Shown piece after piece: positions 35,193 through 45,213 of a DNA stretch of 64,000 bases (position 1 is its first letter; every line of letters starts with the position of its first letter). The position numbers and the translations under genes were made by a program. The DNA is taken from the IMG/VR virus record IMGVR_UViG_3300012815_000001; one strand, 5' to 3'. The notes below the pieces were generated by a model, which ran no database searches, was not told the DNA's origin, and saw only the letters and a list, made by a program, of their open reading frames with translations. This DNA comes from a virus.

Positions 35193-37733
35193 TCAGGTTT
35201 TAAAGGTGATCGCCGGGGCGAAATTGAGTTGCGAGCGGACACTGCTCCACGTATCAAACGCGGCAGCGCGCAGGTAGTACGTTGTGCCTGGAGCCAGGCC
35301 TGTGATCTGGCCGGCGACTGAAGCGCCTTGATAGCCGATGGTGCCGGTGATAGTTGGATCAAACCCAGGCGAAGTGGCGTACACGAACATGTAACCTGCT
35401 ACGTCAGGCGCAACACTTGTGCTGCAGTTGACGTTGGCGGTCGTGCCACTAACTGTCGCAGCGGTACCTGACACAGCGGGCGGCGCGGTGTTGACCACGA
35501 CTAGGGCGGCGACTGGTGCGCTCCCCGCAGAATTTCGCTCAATGACCTCAACCCGGTAGCTACGGACCAAAGGAGCATCAACCAAGGCGTCTGCCAACTG
35601 GTAGGTGAACGTGGTGCTGGTGGTGACCACCTCACGCAACAAAGCATTGGTGCTGGCATTGCGGATCCTGATCAGTCGATCAGCAGCATGTGCCCCAGCG
35701 GTCCAACCGACGGTGAAGTAAGGCGCCTCAAACGCTCCTACTAACGCCAAGCCTTGCGCTGCACCAGGGACGACCCGAACCGGCGACAATGTGACGCTGT
35801 AGGGCGTCACATCGGCCAGATCCTCAAGTGAACGGCCAAACACATTGAACGACCGGAACTTGACCCAGACGGTGTGGCCGATCTGATCCGCCGTGTAGCT
35901 GTATTTCCAAATCGCATCATCCAGACGCACGAACGAGGCATCTGCAGGATGGTTTGCCACGGATGAACCCAGACGGCCCCGGCGCAAGTACTGCAAGTTG
36001 TAGGCGCCTGGACCTGTCAGGATTGCATCGCGATAACTAACAAGCTCGCCATCTATCCAACACAATGTCGCCCCGCTATCAGCTTCAGCGGTTGTGGCGG
36101 CGGTCAACTGGTCGGCGACCGAGAGCTGCACTGCTAAGTTATTGGTGGTGTCAGGGTCACTGCCGGGAGGTAGCGGCGCGGTCAGGCGACCGATGCGTGA
36201 GCGGCCGTAGATACTCTGGACCATCCTATAACTGTCACCGTCGGCGCTGATCCAAACTTCACAGCCCCCCCAAGCCTCACCAGCGCCGGCGACCGCGCCC
36301 CATACCTGGGTTTCCCCTGGAAGCAGCAGGCTTTCTGGTGGGTTGAAGATAATCGGTGGCAACACCGGCCCTGGCGCCGCGTTCTGATTGCCTTGATAAC
36401 CCGTCTTGCTCTGCACGGGATAATTCGGAGCACTGCCCGTCCCCAGCAACGCATCCTCAGCCACAACAGCCAGCTTGCCGTCTTCATCCTCCTCGACCGA
36501 AATCAAGCGTACCAGGCGGCGATCAAGCTTCAGTGCCGGTTCCGTGATCGTGACCAGGTCCATCGGTTCCAGCAGCACGTGCTGCCAGCCAAGGGAAAAT
36601 TGGTATTCATTGCGGATATACAATTTGCGTTGCACCAGCAGTTGGGCCGAGTGCGAAGCAATCGCCGTGTTGCAGATCTCGTAAGCCTTGATGGTGTCCA
36701 TCGGCTTGGAGCCAAACTGCTCGATAGCAGCTTGATCCGGTGCGCGTACTACATCGGTGTTGTACTCGTGATCGCGGTCGAGGATCTCCAGCGACACTTC
36801 GTTGTAGCTGTCGGCCTGGCTCTTGATCTTCAACTGAATCGGCGGCTCGCCCTCCTCCGTCAAGAAGTCATCATCCGTGAGGTGTGCCACCGGAGTGACA
36901 TTCGGGTACCAGGTCACTCCGTTGCCAGTGACCACCTGATCACCGAAGGGAATCACCTTCATTTTTCCAGCAGACCAGATCACCTCGCTGTTGGTCAGCT
37001 GCAACCAGCGCGTGATGGCTTCGCTACACGGGGCCTGCTCATCCAGCACGGGACTGAGCAACAAGTTCTCGGCCAGGCAGTAATCGCGATAACTGCTCAG
37101 GTCATCAATCCAACGAGGATCAAAACCTATGCCATCCAGCGGGTCCAGCAACAGCCCCGGCAGGAAGAGCCCGGGGTTAGCATCGGGCAATCCAGGCACC
37201 TGATAAGGACCGTCAACCTCAAAGGTATGGTTCTGCACGCCGGCGTTGTCATTGAGCAAGTAGCGCGCCGCATACACATACGATGTATCCGAATAGGCGA
37301 TCGCCTCGGTCGGGTGATTAGTCTCCAGGTAACCCCAGACCGGCTGGTCTGCTGTGCCCGGCATGAAGCTCAAACCTATCTGAGCCAGAGCCGACTGCGT
37401 GACACCATCGACAACCTTATCGGCGAAGACTTCCTTGTCACGAAAGATCCGCCTTACCGATCTGAGCTGGCCCCGCCCGATACCCAGGATGATTGCGGCG
37501 TAGTAGGTATAGGTGGTGTCTTTCTGTGTGGCACCGCCGCCGCCCTTGCCACCAGTCTTGGTCTTGGTGGTTTTGGCAACCGCATCGAAGTCTGTGTAAT
37601 AGATCAGGTTGGGACTGATCCGGTTACGCCCGGCAATCCAGGCGATGGGCTTGCCACTGGCACTGCTCTGGATCTGCAGCGCGTTGATGCGCGTTGCACT
37701 ATTGGAAATTGAACTACCGCCCCCTCCCCCCAT
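35193..37733 (-). CDS. Central tail tip / host-specificity protein (GTA-type), C-terminal FN3-like domain
   Basis: Follows NlpC/P60; LQIQSSASGKPIAWIAGRNRISPNLIY; LRRGRLGS; YYLRAAAFD; start ATG 37733. Confidence 0.85.
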   Translation of the reverse strand: MGGGGGSSISNSATRINALQIQSSASGKPIAWIAGRNRISPNLIYYTDFDAVAKTTKTKTGGKGGGGATQKDTTYTYYAAIILGIGRGQLRSVRRIFRDKEVFADKVVDGVTQSALAQIGLSFMPGTADQPVWGYLETNHPTEAIAYSDTSYVYAARYLLNDNAGVQNHTFEVDGPYQVPGLPDANPGLFLPGLLLDPLDGIGFDPRWIDDLSSYRDYCLAENLLLSPVLDEQAPCSEAITRWLQLTNSEVIWSAGKMKVIPFGDQVVTGNGVTWYPNVTPVAHLTDDDFLTEEGEPPIQLKIKSQADSYNEVSLEILDRDHEYNTDVVRAPDQAAIEQFGSKPMDTIKAYEICNTAIASHSAQLLVQRKLYIRNEYQFSLGWQHVLLEPMDLVTITEPALKLDRRLVRLISVEEDEDGKLAVVAEDALLGTGSAPNYPVQSKTGYQGNQNAAPGPVLPPIIFNPPESLLLPGETQVWGAVAGAGEAWGGCEVWISADGDSYRMVQSIYGRSRIGRLTAPLPPGSDPDTTNNLAVQLSVADQLTAATTAEADSGATLCWIDGELVSYRDAILTGPGAYNLQYLRRGRLGSSVANHPADASFVRLDDAIWKYSYTADQIGHTVWVKFRSFNVFGRSLEDLADVTPYSVTLSPVRVVPGAAQGLALVGAFEAPYFTVGWTAGAHAADRLIRIRNASTNALLREVVTTSTTFTYQLADALVDAPLVRSYRVEVIERNSAGSAPVAALVVVNTAPPAVSGTAATVSGTTANVNCSTSVAPDVAGYMFVYATSPGFDPTITGTIGYQGASVAGQITGLAPGTTYYLRAAAFDTWSSVRSQLNFAPAITFKT

Positions 37734-38175
37734 CACTGCCTCCAAAACTATTGAGTGTGTAATAACGCACCGGTCTGCTTGCCAAGCGCTCTTCGCGCAT
37801 ATCAGCCACTTCCACACCGATATCTAAAAAGGCGTGAATGACTCGGTGTTCGTCGATGACGACTGCCCCATGACTGTAGGTGCGGCCGAACTTCCAGATG
37901 GCGACATCGCCGGGTTGCGGGGTTACGACTTGCCGCCCGTATTCTTCCAGCCAGGCCAGATACAACTCTTTGCTGCGGTGCAGGTGCCAGTCTTGGGCGT
38001 AAGACCCAGGATCAATCCAAGGTAAGAGGCCGAGCGAGTGATACACCTCGATCAACAGCCAGGCGCAGTCCACGCCCACGCCCAGCAGGTGCTGACGGTG
38101 CTGATAAGGCGTCCTGAGCCAGCGCCTTGCCTCGGCGACCACGGCTTCGCGCTGCTGCAGCTCCAGCTCGGTCAT
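37714..38175 (-). CDS. NlpC/P60 tail peptidase
   Basis: EARRWLRTPY...GVGVDCA...TYSHGA. Confidence 0.9.
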   Translation of the reverse strand: MTELELQQREAVVAEARRWLRTPYQHRQHLLGVGVDCAWLLIEVYHSLGLLPWIDPGSYAQDWHLHRSKELYLAWLEEYGRQVVTPQPGDVAIWKFGRTYSHGAVVIDEHRVIHAFLDIGVEVADMREERLASRPVRYYTLNSFGGSDGGRGR

Positions 38176-39032
38176 ACGGAGGTCTCCGCCACAGGGATAA
38201 AGGGCATTCCGCGATAACGCCTACGGTTGCCGAACTTGTTGGTACAGGCGTCCAGCGTGCGAGGACAGCCGGGATAAATCAGGAACTGATCGCCCGGCTG
38301 CGGCTCTGCCGGCAGACCGAGAATTAGTGTGACGGTACCGTCAGCCGTCTGGCGGCGGACAGTTCGCGAAACACCCGCGTTGCCGCCATTAACGAACCGG
38401 ATCACGCCCTGGTCAAACCAACCGTTTTCGGCGCCGATATTGGTGCGAATACGAAGGCCACTTGTACCGTTCAGCACCAGGCCTGCGGTTTCGAACAATG
38501 AGCGGTTCACGCCACAATCAGCGCTGTAAACAGTTCGTAGACACCCCGGTTGATAGACCCCCTTCGGTACCTTGGTGTCCAGCAGCTCCATCGGGGACTT
38601 GACCGAGAACGTTGCCTGCTCGCGATCAGCAGGATCAACCTCGGCAACCCGGCCAATGAAGCGCAACACCGTACCAACCACTGGCGCTGTCCAGTCGGGC
38701 ATAAACGCCCGGGCCAGGCTCAACGACGCGCCATCGAAACCACCACCTGCGATGAACGCCAGAATCGGTTCCCCCAGCAACGTGTCCTCGACGCCGGCGT
38801 AGAGGGTGACGCTCAAGGTGTCGACCTCCACCCCTCGAACCGTGCGGATGCCGGTACGTTTGAGCAGGGGGCCGGACGCGGAATAATTCGCGCCATCGGC
38901 GAACAATTGCACACCGGCGTCGGTGTAACGAAGCACCTGACCACTTGCCAGGGTGATGGTGTAAAGATCGGCCATCACAAAGCTTCGGGCCGTGGCCAGA
39001 AACTGCCTCAACTCGGGACTCACATCGATCAT
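38172..39032 (-). CDS. DUF2163-family tail hub protein
   Basis: DLYTITL..GQVLRYTD...CLRTVYSADCGV...GCPRTLDACTNKFGN..RYRGMPFIP; start ATG 39032. Confidence 0.85.
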   Translation of the reverse strand: MIDVSPELRQFLATARSFVMADLYTITLASGQVLRYTDAGVQLFADGANYSASGPLLKRTGIRTVRGVEVDTLSVTLYAGVEDTLLGEPILAFIAGGGFDGASLSLARAFMPDWTAPVVGTVLRFIGRVAEVDPADREQATFSVKSPMELLDTKVPKGVYQPGCLRTVYSADCGVNRSLFETAGLVLNGTSGLRIRTNIGAENGWFDQGVIRFVNGGNAGVSRTVRRQTADGTVTLILGLPAEPQPGDQFLIYPGCPRTLDACTNKFGNRRRYRGMPFIPVAETSV

Positions 39033-39679
39033 GGTTTGATGCTCGTGAAAGAGACGTTTTTCATCTCCCAGATCCGCCCGAACGGCTGGGCGCCGTCTAG
39101 TGAATCTGAGTCGTATGCACAGCGGAAAAAGAAGGCGCCTGTCCACTCCAAGGCCTGGCCGAGCCCGGGTGCCTGGGGGAAGGTAACCTGGCCGAGAGAA
39201 CTGACGCTGTAGGCCGTCACAGGCGCTCCGGCGATGGTCATCAGGTCAATGTTGACTACTCCGTAAACAGGCTCGACCCATCCCTCAATAGCCCGCGAGA
39301 GTTGAAACGTTCTAGTAACCCCGTCGCCAAAGCCAAAGCGGTGCTTGGTGACTTGGTGGTCGGTCCTGTCGAAATACAGAAAGTCCCCGAACTGGCCCTT
39401 GCGTTGGTTAAAGAACGCCACCAAGCGCGACCATTCATCCAGCCCAGGACGTTTGCGCACTGCGTTGTAGTTGATCTGAAACGTCCAAAACGGCGCCGGA
39501 TAATACGCTGTGGTACGACGTCGACCGCTGGCCGACGTCTGCACTCCCGTGCTCCACGCTGGAGACTTCTTGGCGAGGTACGTCTGCCCTGGCATGTAGG
39601 GCAACACGTCGTCCGCCATAACACCGCGATCCGGCAAACCGGCAATCCATCGCGCTGGAAAAAATGGCCCGAGCAGCAT
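39029..39679 (-). CDS. DUF2460-family distal tail protein
   Basis: WSTGVQTSASGRRR...LVAFFNQRKGQFGDFLYFD...GDGVTRTFQL. Confidence 0.85.
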   Translation of the reverse strand: MLLGPFFPARWIAGLPDRGVMADDVLPYMPGQTYLAKKSPAWSTGVQTSASGRRRTTAYYPAPFWTFQINYNAVRKRPGLDEWSRLVAFFNQRKGQFGDFLYFDRTDHQVTKHRFGFGDGVTRTFQLSRAIEGWVEPVYGVVNIDLMTIAGAPVTAYSVSSLGQVTFPQAPGLGQALEWTGAFFFRCAYDSDSLDGAQPFGRIWEMKNVSFTSIKP

Positions 39680-39688
39680 GAAAACTCC

Positions 39689-42460
39689 TTATGCCTTGAG
39701 GGCACCGTTGCGCTGCAGCTTTTGCATTTCGAGAGCAAACACCCGGGCGTTGCGCCGAATATCCGCCGGCGTGAGCCGGCCGCTGCTGTCGTGATAGTGG
39801 TAACCACCGCCGCCGCCACCCAACTGACCTTCGCCATTCGCTGCCTGGCGAATTACATTGGCGTACTGCTTGGGCAGAACCATTTCCTGTTCGTGGAGCT
39901 GGGTCATTGGGTTCACCCCGGCCGGGATGTCGTAGCCGCCCTCAGCGGACGCCACGTTCTTGATCAGGCCGAACACGAACGCACCGGCAGCAACACCCGC
40001 TGCAACGCCCAAAGCCGGGCCGATGATCGGGATTGCCGACATCGCTGCAAAGGCGCCCGCGATGGCCTGGTAGGCGCTGGAAATGATGTTGCTGATGGTG
40101 GCCGCGCCCCAGACCGCTACAGACATCGCGGCGCCCCCAACCTCGGCGGCTGTTCGCAAGCCCACGCCGGTCACCGTCGCGCCTGTTTTCGCCGTCTCGC
40201 CGAAGATCCAGGCCATCAATGGCTTTGTGACCATGTTTTCGACGAACGCCGTACCGATGCTGCCGAAAATCCCTTTGAGCAGCCCCTGTGTGCCCATCGT
40301 GCCAGTGAGGATGCCGTTCATCCCGCTAGACCAGCTGGACTGCAAACTCCCCATCATGCCGGTCCAGTTGCTCTGAGATTCCATGGTTTGCTGTCGGCCG
40401 ATAACGGCCATGCTGTTTCGGTGGGTCTGCTCCAGGGCGAGAATCTGCTGCTGGACCTGCTGCAGCGCAACCGGATTACGGTCAGGATCCTGATCCAACA
40501 GAGCCTTGCGTTGAGCCAGCGCTTCAGCCTCGATGGCATACCGTTGTTTTTCAAACTCGGCTTGGGATTGCAGCAATTGCGCCTGGGTGATCAGATTGGC
40601 CTGCAGGTCCAACTGGGCCATTTGCTCGGCATGAGCAACGTCGGTCAGCCGAGCTTGCTTATCAGCGGCATATTCCTGCTGTTTCATGTTGGTGATTTGC
40701 TGCTGTTTCTCCCGCTCGATGGCGACAACCTCAGACGCCGCTCTGCGGTACTCCTGACTGTCCTGGCCATAAAGCTGCCGGCTGCGCTCCAACGCCTGCT
40801 GAGCGATGTTTAAACGCGCATCCATGTTGTTGCGGTACTGCTGCGCCTGGGCCTGGAGATCAGCAAATGCCTTGCCTTCGTCCTGGCGTCGTAGTGAACC
40901 CAGAGCCGTCAGGTAATTGCGTTGCACGCCCAAGCGTTCCTTGGCCGTCAGGTCGGCGCGCTTGAGGATCCCTTGCCAGTAATCCGCTTCCTGCTGCTGG
41001 GAGAACTGGAGAAACGTGCCCTGCTCTGCCTGCTGCTGGGCGTGAGCGACCTTTTGCGCATCCAGCGCTTCGGACCATTCGCTTACTCGCGAGGTAGCTT
41101 TGCCGGGTGCTGTTGCAGGGGTATCAGTTTTCTTCGGTGGCGTTGTCGCCTCCTCGACCTTTTTTCGATGCTCAATTGCGGCGGCATAACCGGCTTCAAG
41201 CTTCGTCAGCCGGGCGACTTCGATACCGTAAGCTGTTGGTGCCGTCCGGCCCTGCTGTGGAGCCTTAGTCATCGCGGTGTCGCCCGTTGCCGCCATCTCA
41301 GCCACCTTCCGGCGCTGTTCTTCAATACGTGCAACACGGGAACGCATACCTGCGTCCACCTCGTCTACCTTGTTTGAAACAAGTTGCATGTTCTCCAACA
41401 GCAGGCGCTCTTCCACCAATGCAGCTTCGAGCGGTGCCTTGCTGCCGTTGCCCCGCGGGCCGGGCTTGAAGTCTTTGAGGATGGCTTCGTACCGGGCGAC
41501 ATTTGCTGCCACCTCATCCACGGTAGCGCCTACGCCTGTCATGCCTTTCAGTAAGCTATTGAACCAACCTGCGGTTTCAGAAAGTTTTTTATTCAAACTA
41601 ACGAATACAGGCTCAAGAATGGTTCCAATAGTTACCTGAAGCTCATTGCTTTTAGAGTCGAGTTCGGCCTGACTACCGGTTAGCCCTTCCGCCGCTTTCG
41701 CCGCGTTACCCACCTGTGCGGTTGTCTCTTTCATCACACCGTTGTATTCAGCGGTGATCTTCTGCGAGTCAGTCAATTTGTCACGGGTAGTGCCAATACT
41801 CTTGGCATATTCGTCCCACATTTTTGCAACGTTTTTCGTCACGCCAGCGTTATCGACCAGCACCGAGTTTTCATTCTTCAAACCTTCGGTAGCTGTCACC
41901 ACTGCCTCTGACATGCTGAGATTCGCTTGGCGATTGAAAGCCGCAGCATCCTTCAAACGAGTGATGACACCCACCGCCTGGTCAACGCTGTATCCACGAC
42001 TCAACAGATTTTGAAGCGCCTTGGCTGCATCACCGACGCTGAGTAAACCGTCAGCTGCGAGCTTATTCGCCTCATCCATAGCGCGGCCAATACCCACGCC
42101 TGCATGATTGGCTACGGCTTCCAAGCCACGATAAGCTGCTTGTTGCTGAATCGCCGCGTCCTTGCTGTCTGCAACTAGCTGTTTGACCTTGAATGCACCC
42201 AGCGCAAACACCCCGATCAACCCAGCGGCCACGCTGGAAAGCCCAGTGCGCATTATGGCGCTAACACCACCGAGAGCATCATTTACCGCCGGACCAAAAC
42301 GGCTCAGTTGTGCCTGGCTACCCACCATCTCCGTATTAATTGCTCTGAGTTCACGACTGAACGTTGTTCGAGCGTCACGCATGTTTCGCTCAATACTTTC
42401 GATTGCACGGTCAAAGCCTTGAGTACCAGCCGTGAACTGGTATGCAATATTTCTATCCAT
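39689..42460 (-). CDS. Tape measure protein (923 aa)
   Basis: Long A/Q-rich helical protein with C-terminal SAEGGYDIPAG..PMTQLHEQEMVLP; canonical position. Confidence 0.95.
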   Translation of the reverse strand: MDRNIAYQFTAGTQGFDRAIESIERNMRDARTTFSRELRAINTEMVGSQAQLSRFGPAVNDALGGVSAIMRTGLSSVAAGLIGVFALGAFKVKQLVADSKDAAIQQQAAYRGLEAVANHAGVGIGRAMDEANKLAADGLLSVGDAAKALQNLLSRGYSVDQAVGVITRLKDAAAFNRQANLSMSEAVVTATEGLKNENSVLVDNAGVTKNVAKMWDEYAKSIGTTRDKLTDSQKITAEYNGVMKETTAQVGNAAKAAEGLTGSQAELDSKSNELQVTIGTILEPVFVSLNKKLSETAGWFNSLLKGMTGVGATVDEVAANVARYEAILKDFKPGPRGNGSKAPLEAALVEERLLLENMQLVSNKVDEVDAGMRSRVARIEEQRRKVAEMAATGDTAMTKAPQQGRTAPTAYGIEVARLTKLEAGYAAAIEHRKKVEEATTPPKKTDTPATAPGKATSRVSEWSEALDAQKVAHAQQQAEQGTFLQFSQQQEADYWQGILKRADLTAKERLGVQRNYLTALGSLRRQDEGKAFADLQAQAQQYRNNMDARLNIAQQALERSRQLYGQDSQEYRRAASEVVAIEREKQQQITNMKQQEYAADKQARLTDVAHAEQMAQLDLQANLITQAQLLQSQAEFEKQRYAIEAEALAQRKALLDQDPDRNPVALQQVQQQILALEQTHRNSMAVIGRQQTMESQSNWTGMMGSLQSSWSSGMNGILTGTMGTQGLLKGIFGSIGTAFVENMVTKPLMAWIFGETAKTGATVTGVGLRTAAEVGGAAMSVAVWGAATISNIISSAYQAIAGAFAAMSAIPIIGPALGVAAGVAAGAFVFGLIKNVASAEGGYDIPAGVNPMTQLHEQEMVLPKQYANVIRQAANGEGQLGGGGGGYHYHDSSGRLTPADIRRNARVFALEMQKLQRNGALKA

Positions 42461-42488
42461 GCCAGATCCTCATATCGCAGGTAATAAA

Positions 42489-42510
42489 AAACTCCGCCTA
42501 GGCGGAGTTT
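42489..42510 (-). terminator. Terminator after the moron gene
   Basis: AAACTCCGCC-TA-GGCGGAGTTT, T run on the minus strand. Confidence 0.75.
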
Positions 42511-42527
42511 CTTTTAAAGATTAAGTC

Positions 42528-42851
42528 TTACTTTGAACAAATCATCGTATAAACGTCGTCGAAAATTTTGGGCTCATCCTCCTTAAATCGCGCCGTCACT
42601 CCAGTACTGTAAAACCTTCGGAACCCGGTATAACGACCATTTCCATTTTTTGAATCAACCTCTCCGCAAACGATAATCCCACCGCTTGGAAAAGTATCAA
42701 GATGCAATTCTTTAAACTTCGCAGAATCTGGGTTCTTGAGTCGTTTTTGCACCAATTCCTTTGCTTTGGCTGTTCGTTGGTATTCACTACCATTGTCCGC
42801 CTGGGCGTGATAAATACTCATACCAGCCATTAAAACAACCAAATACCGCAT
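42528..42851 (-). CDS. Moron: small secreted/periplasmic protein
   Basis: ATG 42851 with RBS GGGAGG; signal-like N-terminus; LKNPDSAKF...VCGEVDSKN...YTGFRRF; lower GC than flanks. Confidence 0.75.
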   Translation of the reverse strand: MRYLVVLMAGMSIYHAQADNGSEYQRTAKAKELVQKRLKNPDSAKFKELHLDTFPSGGIIVCGEVDSKNGNGRYTGFRRFYSTGVTARFKEDEPKIFDDVYTMICSK

Positions 42852-42909
42852 CAAATAGCCTCCCTGTAATGTGCCGGAGGCTAACGTGGTGGCTCTATGG
42901 TGTCCAGTA

Positions 42910-43215
42910 CTAACTGGGCGCCACAAACGCATCCAACGCCCCACGCAAATGCTCAGGTAGTTCACCGCGCATATCCGCAGCCATTTCCGCCAGGTTGCTC
43001 GCCAGATCAGGCGCGTCGGTAACGCTCTCGGCAGGCTTGTAACCCATGTACCCGGCAACCAGCACATGCACCGGCGGATGGTGCCGCCAGTAGTCCGTCA
43101 TATGGCCCACCATCACCATATCCCAGTCACGCCGCAGGGTGACCGGGCTTTGGCCAGTGCTGGCAATCAGGTGAGCGTAGAGCTGGCCCCAGTCGAAGGG
43201 GCCTGGCCTTCCCCC
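42910..43215 (-). CDS. Tail assembly chaperone C-terminal (T) frame
   Basis: The -1 frame reads FDWGQLYAHLIASTG...DYWRHHPPVHVLVAGYMGYKP. Confidence 0.65.
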   Translation of the reverse strand, partial: GGRPGPFDWGQLYAHLIASTGQSPVTLRRDWDMVMVGHMTDYWRHHPPVHVLVAGYMGYKPAESVTDAPDLASNLAEMAADMRGELPEHLRGALDAFVAPS

Positions 43216-43514
43216 GGCTCCGGCTCCGTCACCTCGAGCCCAGACGCGCCCATAACGGCGTTGAGGGCTTCGCGCATGTTGCTCAGGTCCAACAGGTTGG
43301 CGACCTCAGTGCGCTCCATATCAGGGTAGTTTCGGCGAAGCGCCGCATGGGTGGCGTCGATCACCGTGGCGATGCTGTCCTTGTCCATATTGCCGGCCAT
43401 AACCCGGTTGATCCGATCCAGCAGTTGCTCCAGGTCGCCCAGCGTCAGCGGCGGAATAACCAATGTCTTACCCGGGAACGGGAAGCCAACACCTGGGATA
43501 TTAACGACGGTCAT
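43167..43514 (-). CDS. Tail assembly chaperone (G)
   Basis: Between tail tube and tape measure; slippery GGGGGAA near the 3' end. Confidence 0.8.
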   Translation of the reverse strand: MTVVNIPGVGFPFPGKTLVIPPLTLGDLEQLLDRINRVMAGNMDKDSIATVIDATHAALRRNYPDMERTEVANLLDLSNMREALNAVMGASGLEVTEPEPGEGQAPSTGASSTLT

Positions 43515-44266
43515 TCGCTGGAACTCCAGTAAGCGACTTCGCCAAATTCATCGGCATAGCCGGTGAATTCGAAGTCAGGGATGGTGTAGTCGTCCTGCTT
43601 GGTCGAAAGACTCAATTTATTGCTGACGAAGTTGGGCACGCGGACGTAGATCGACTTGCCTTTGTATTTCAAGTACAGCTCGCCCTGGAACACCGGCATA
43701 TCGCCCATCGGCAAGTTGCGCACCGAAAGGCTCTTGCCGGTGGCGACCGAGTAGCGATAGTCAATAAACACCGGCACACCGACGTCCGCAGCGGCGAACG
43801 CGTATTCACCGGTACCTGAGTCGTAGGTGTATTCCCCCTTGGCCGGCGCTGCCAGTACACGGGCGAACGGGGCTGCACCGCCACCGCGAACACCCAAGTC
43901 ACCGGCCAAGAGGCCAGCACCTGGTGGGGTGACGATGATCTTGCCGCCGGCAGGAATATCCTGGGGCGTGGTTGCGTGGTGCACCAGAACCTGGCCGGGC
44001 TGGAGGGTTTGCCCGAACACCAGGGCATTCATTTGCGACAGGCTGATCTGGGCGGCTTTGGCCTTGCCGGACAACTTGCCCTGGCCACGCGCGGCATCGA
44101 CGGCGAACTGCTCGCTACCGAACAGCTCCTTGGAGTCGTAGGACAGATCAACCGATGCTTCCTGCATGATGCCCAGCAGGATGGGGGTGGGTGACGCCAG
44201 GGCGTTGCCATAGGCGTCCATCAGCGGGGTGGCGTAAAACAACCCACTGCCGAATGCAATTTGCAT
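43511..44266 (-). CDS. Major tail tube protein
   Basis: FGSG...QEASVDLSYDSKELFGSEQFAV...KQDDYTIPDFEF; canonical position. Confidence 0.85.
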   Translation of the reverse strand: MQIAFGSGLFYATPLMDAYGNALASPTPILLGIMQEASVDLSYDSKELFGSEQFAVDAARGQGKLSGKAKAAQISLSQMNALVFGQTLQPGQVLVHHATTPQDIPAGGKIIVTPPGAGLLAGDLGVRGGGAAPFARVLAAPAKGEYTYDSGTGEYAFAAADVGVPVFIDYRYSVATGKSLSVRNLPMGDMPVFQGELYLKYKGKSIYVRVPNFVSNKLSLSTKQDDYTIPDFEFTGYADEFGEVAYWSSSE

Positions 44267-44276
44267 AATTTATTCC

Positions 44277-44729
44277 TCAGTAAAAGGTGGGGCCGGTGGT
44301 CAAGTCGCCGGTGTTGCACAGGTAGGTGAAGCGGTAGCGGACCAGGCAGTTGCCGGCGGTGTTGTCGCCTTCGTCCTCGATCCAGTCGATGTAAAACCGC
44401 TGTACCCGGTCCGCTTCAGGAAAGGCACCCTCGGTGGTCAGCACCGCGTGTACGGCAACTTTCACAAGGTCAGCCACCTGATCCCAGGCTGCCCCTGTCA
44501 CAGTGTCTTCCCGAGCGATAATTTCGACCGTCAGTTCGAACTGGTTGCGGTCCACGGAAAAGCTTTCCCGCTCAGTAGTTTCGAGGCTGGGTCGCAGAAC
44601 GAGCGCCGGGGTCATGTCGCGTGTAATCGCCTCGGTACGGCTGCGAAACACGCGATCAGCCACCGGCGTATCGGCAGCCAGGATCAGCGCCTGCGCCTTT
44701 GCGACGATGCGTTCTTGGATCGAAGGCAT
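44277..44729 (-). CDS. Tail terminator / completion protein
   Basis: Size and position just before the tail tube. Confidence 0.7.
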   Translation of the reverse strand: MPSIQERIVAKAQALILAADTPVADRVFRSRTEAITRDMTPALVLRPSLETTERESFSVDRNQFELTVEIIAREDTVTGAAWDQVADLVKVAVHAVLTTEGAFPEADRVQRFYIDWIEDEGDNTAGNCLVRYRFTYLCNTGDLTTGPTFY

Positions 44730-44732
44730 GGG

Positions 44733-45020
44733 TTAAACCTTGGTGAGTGAGGCCAGGCTGAAGGCGCCGTCATCGATCATCCGGCAGTCACGCACCCGGT
44801 AGGACACGCCACCTACGGTGATCAGCTTGGAATTTTTGATACCGAGGCGTTCCGCGTCCGAGGTAATGACAAGGATCTCGTAGCCGGTGGACTGGCTGTT
44901 GGTGCCACCCATGCCATGGATCTCATCAGGCATGTCGCGTGCCGCCAGAAACGGCTCACCATCAACCACCCCGCCGACGTCGAAGTCCTCAAGGAAGCCC
45001 CTGAGGTCTTCGTCAAGCAT
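44733..45020 (-). CDS. Head-tail joining protein
   Basis: ITVGGVSYRVRD...DDGAFS; canonical position. Confidence 0.7.
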   Translation of the reverse strand: MLDEDLRGFLEDFDVGGVVDGEPFLAARDMPDEIHGMGGTNSQSTGYEILVITSDAERLGIKNSKLITVGGVSYRVRDCRMIDDGAFSLASLTKV

Positions 45021-45213
45021 CGGGACTCACCTTCGACTTGCGCCCACCATCACCAGCCGGTGCAAGCGATGGGCCGGGCACTACGACTTCCAACTGGTGA
45101 CGAAAGCGATCTGCCACATCGTCCGGCAGCTCGACTACGCCACCTTGGCCCACCAGGCTGTTGTCTGGCCGGCGGAACGAGCCTGACAGAACGGTATAGG
45201 TTTTATTCGGCAT
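45013..45213 (-). CDS. Small phage hypothetical protein
   Basis: 66 aa, overlapping start/stop with neighbours. Confidence 0.6.
   Translation of the reverse strand: MPNKTYTVLSGSFRRPDNSLVGQGGVVELPDDVADRFRHQLEVVVPGPSLAPAGDGGRKSKVSPDA

Noticed and set aside
36393-37712. 439-aa + strand ORF (likewise 50847..51710, 55975..56823, 57196..58281)
   Set aside because: Antisense shadows of well-supported tail, terminase and primase genes.
39302-40813. 503-aa + strand ORF
   Set aside because: Antisense shadow of the tape measure and DUF2460 genes in GC-rich DNA; no RBS or motif.
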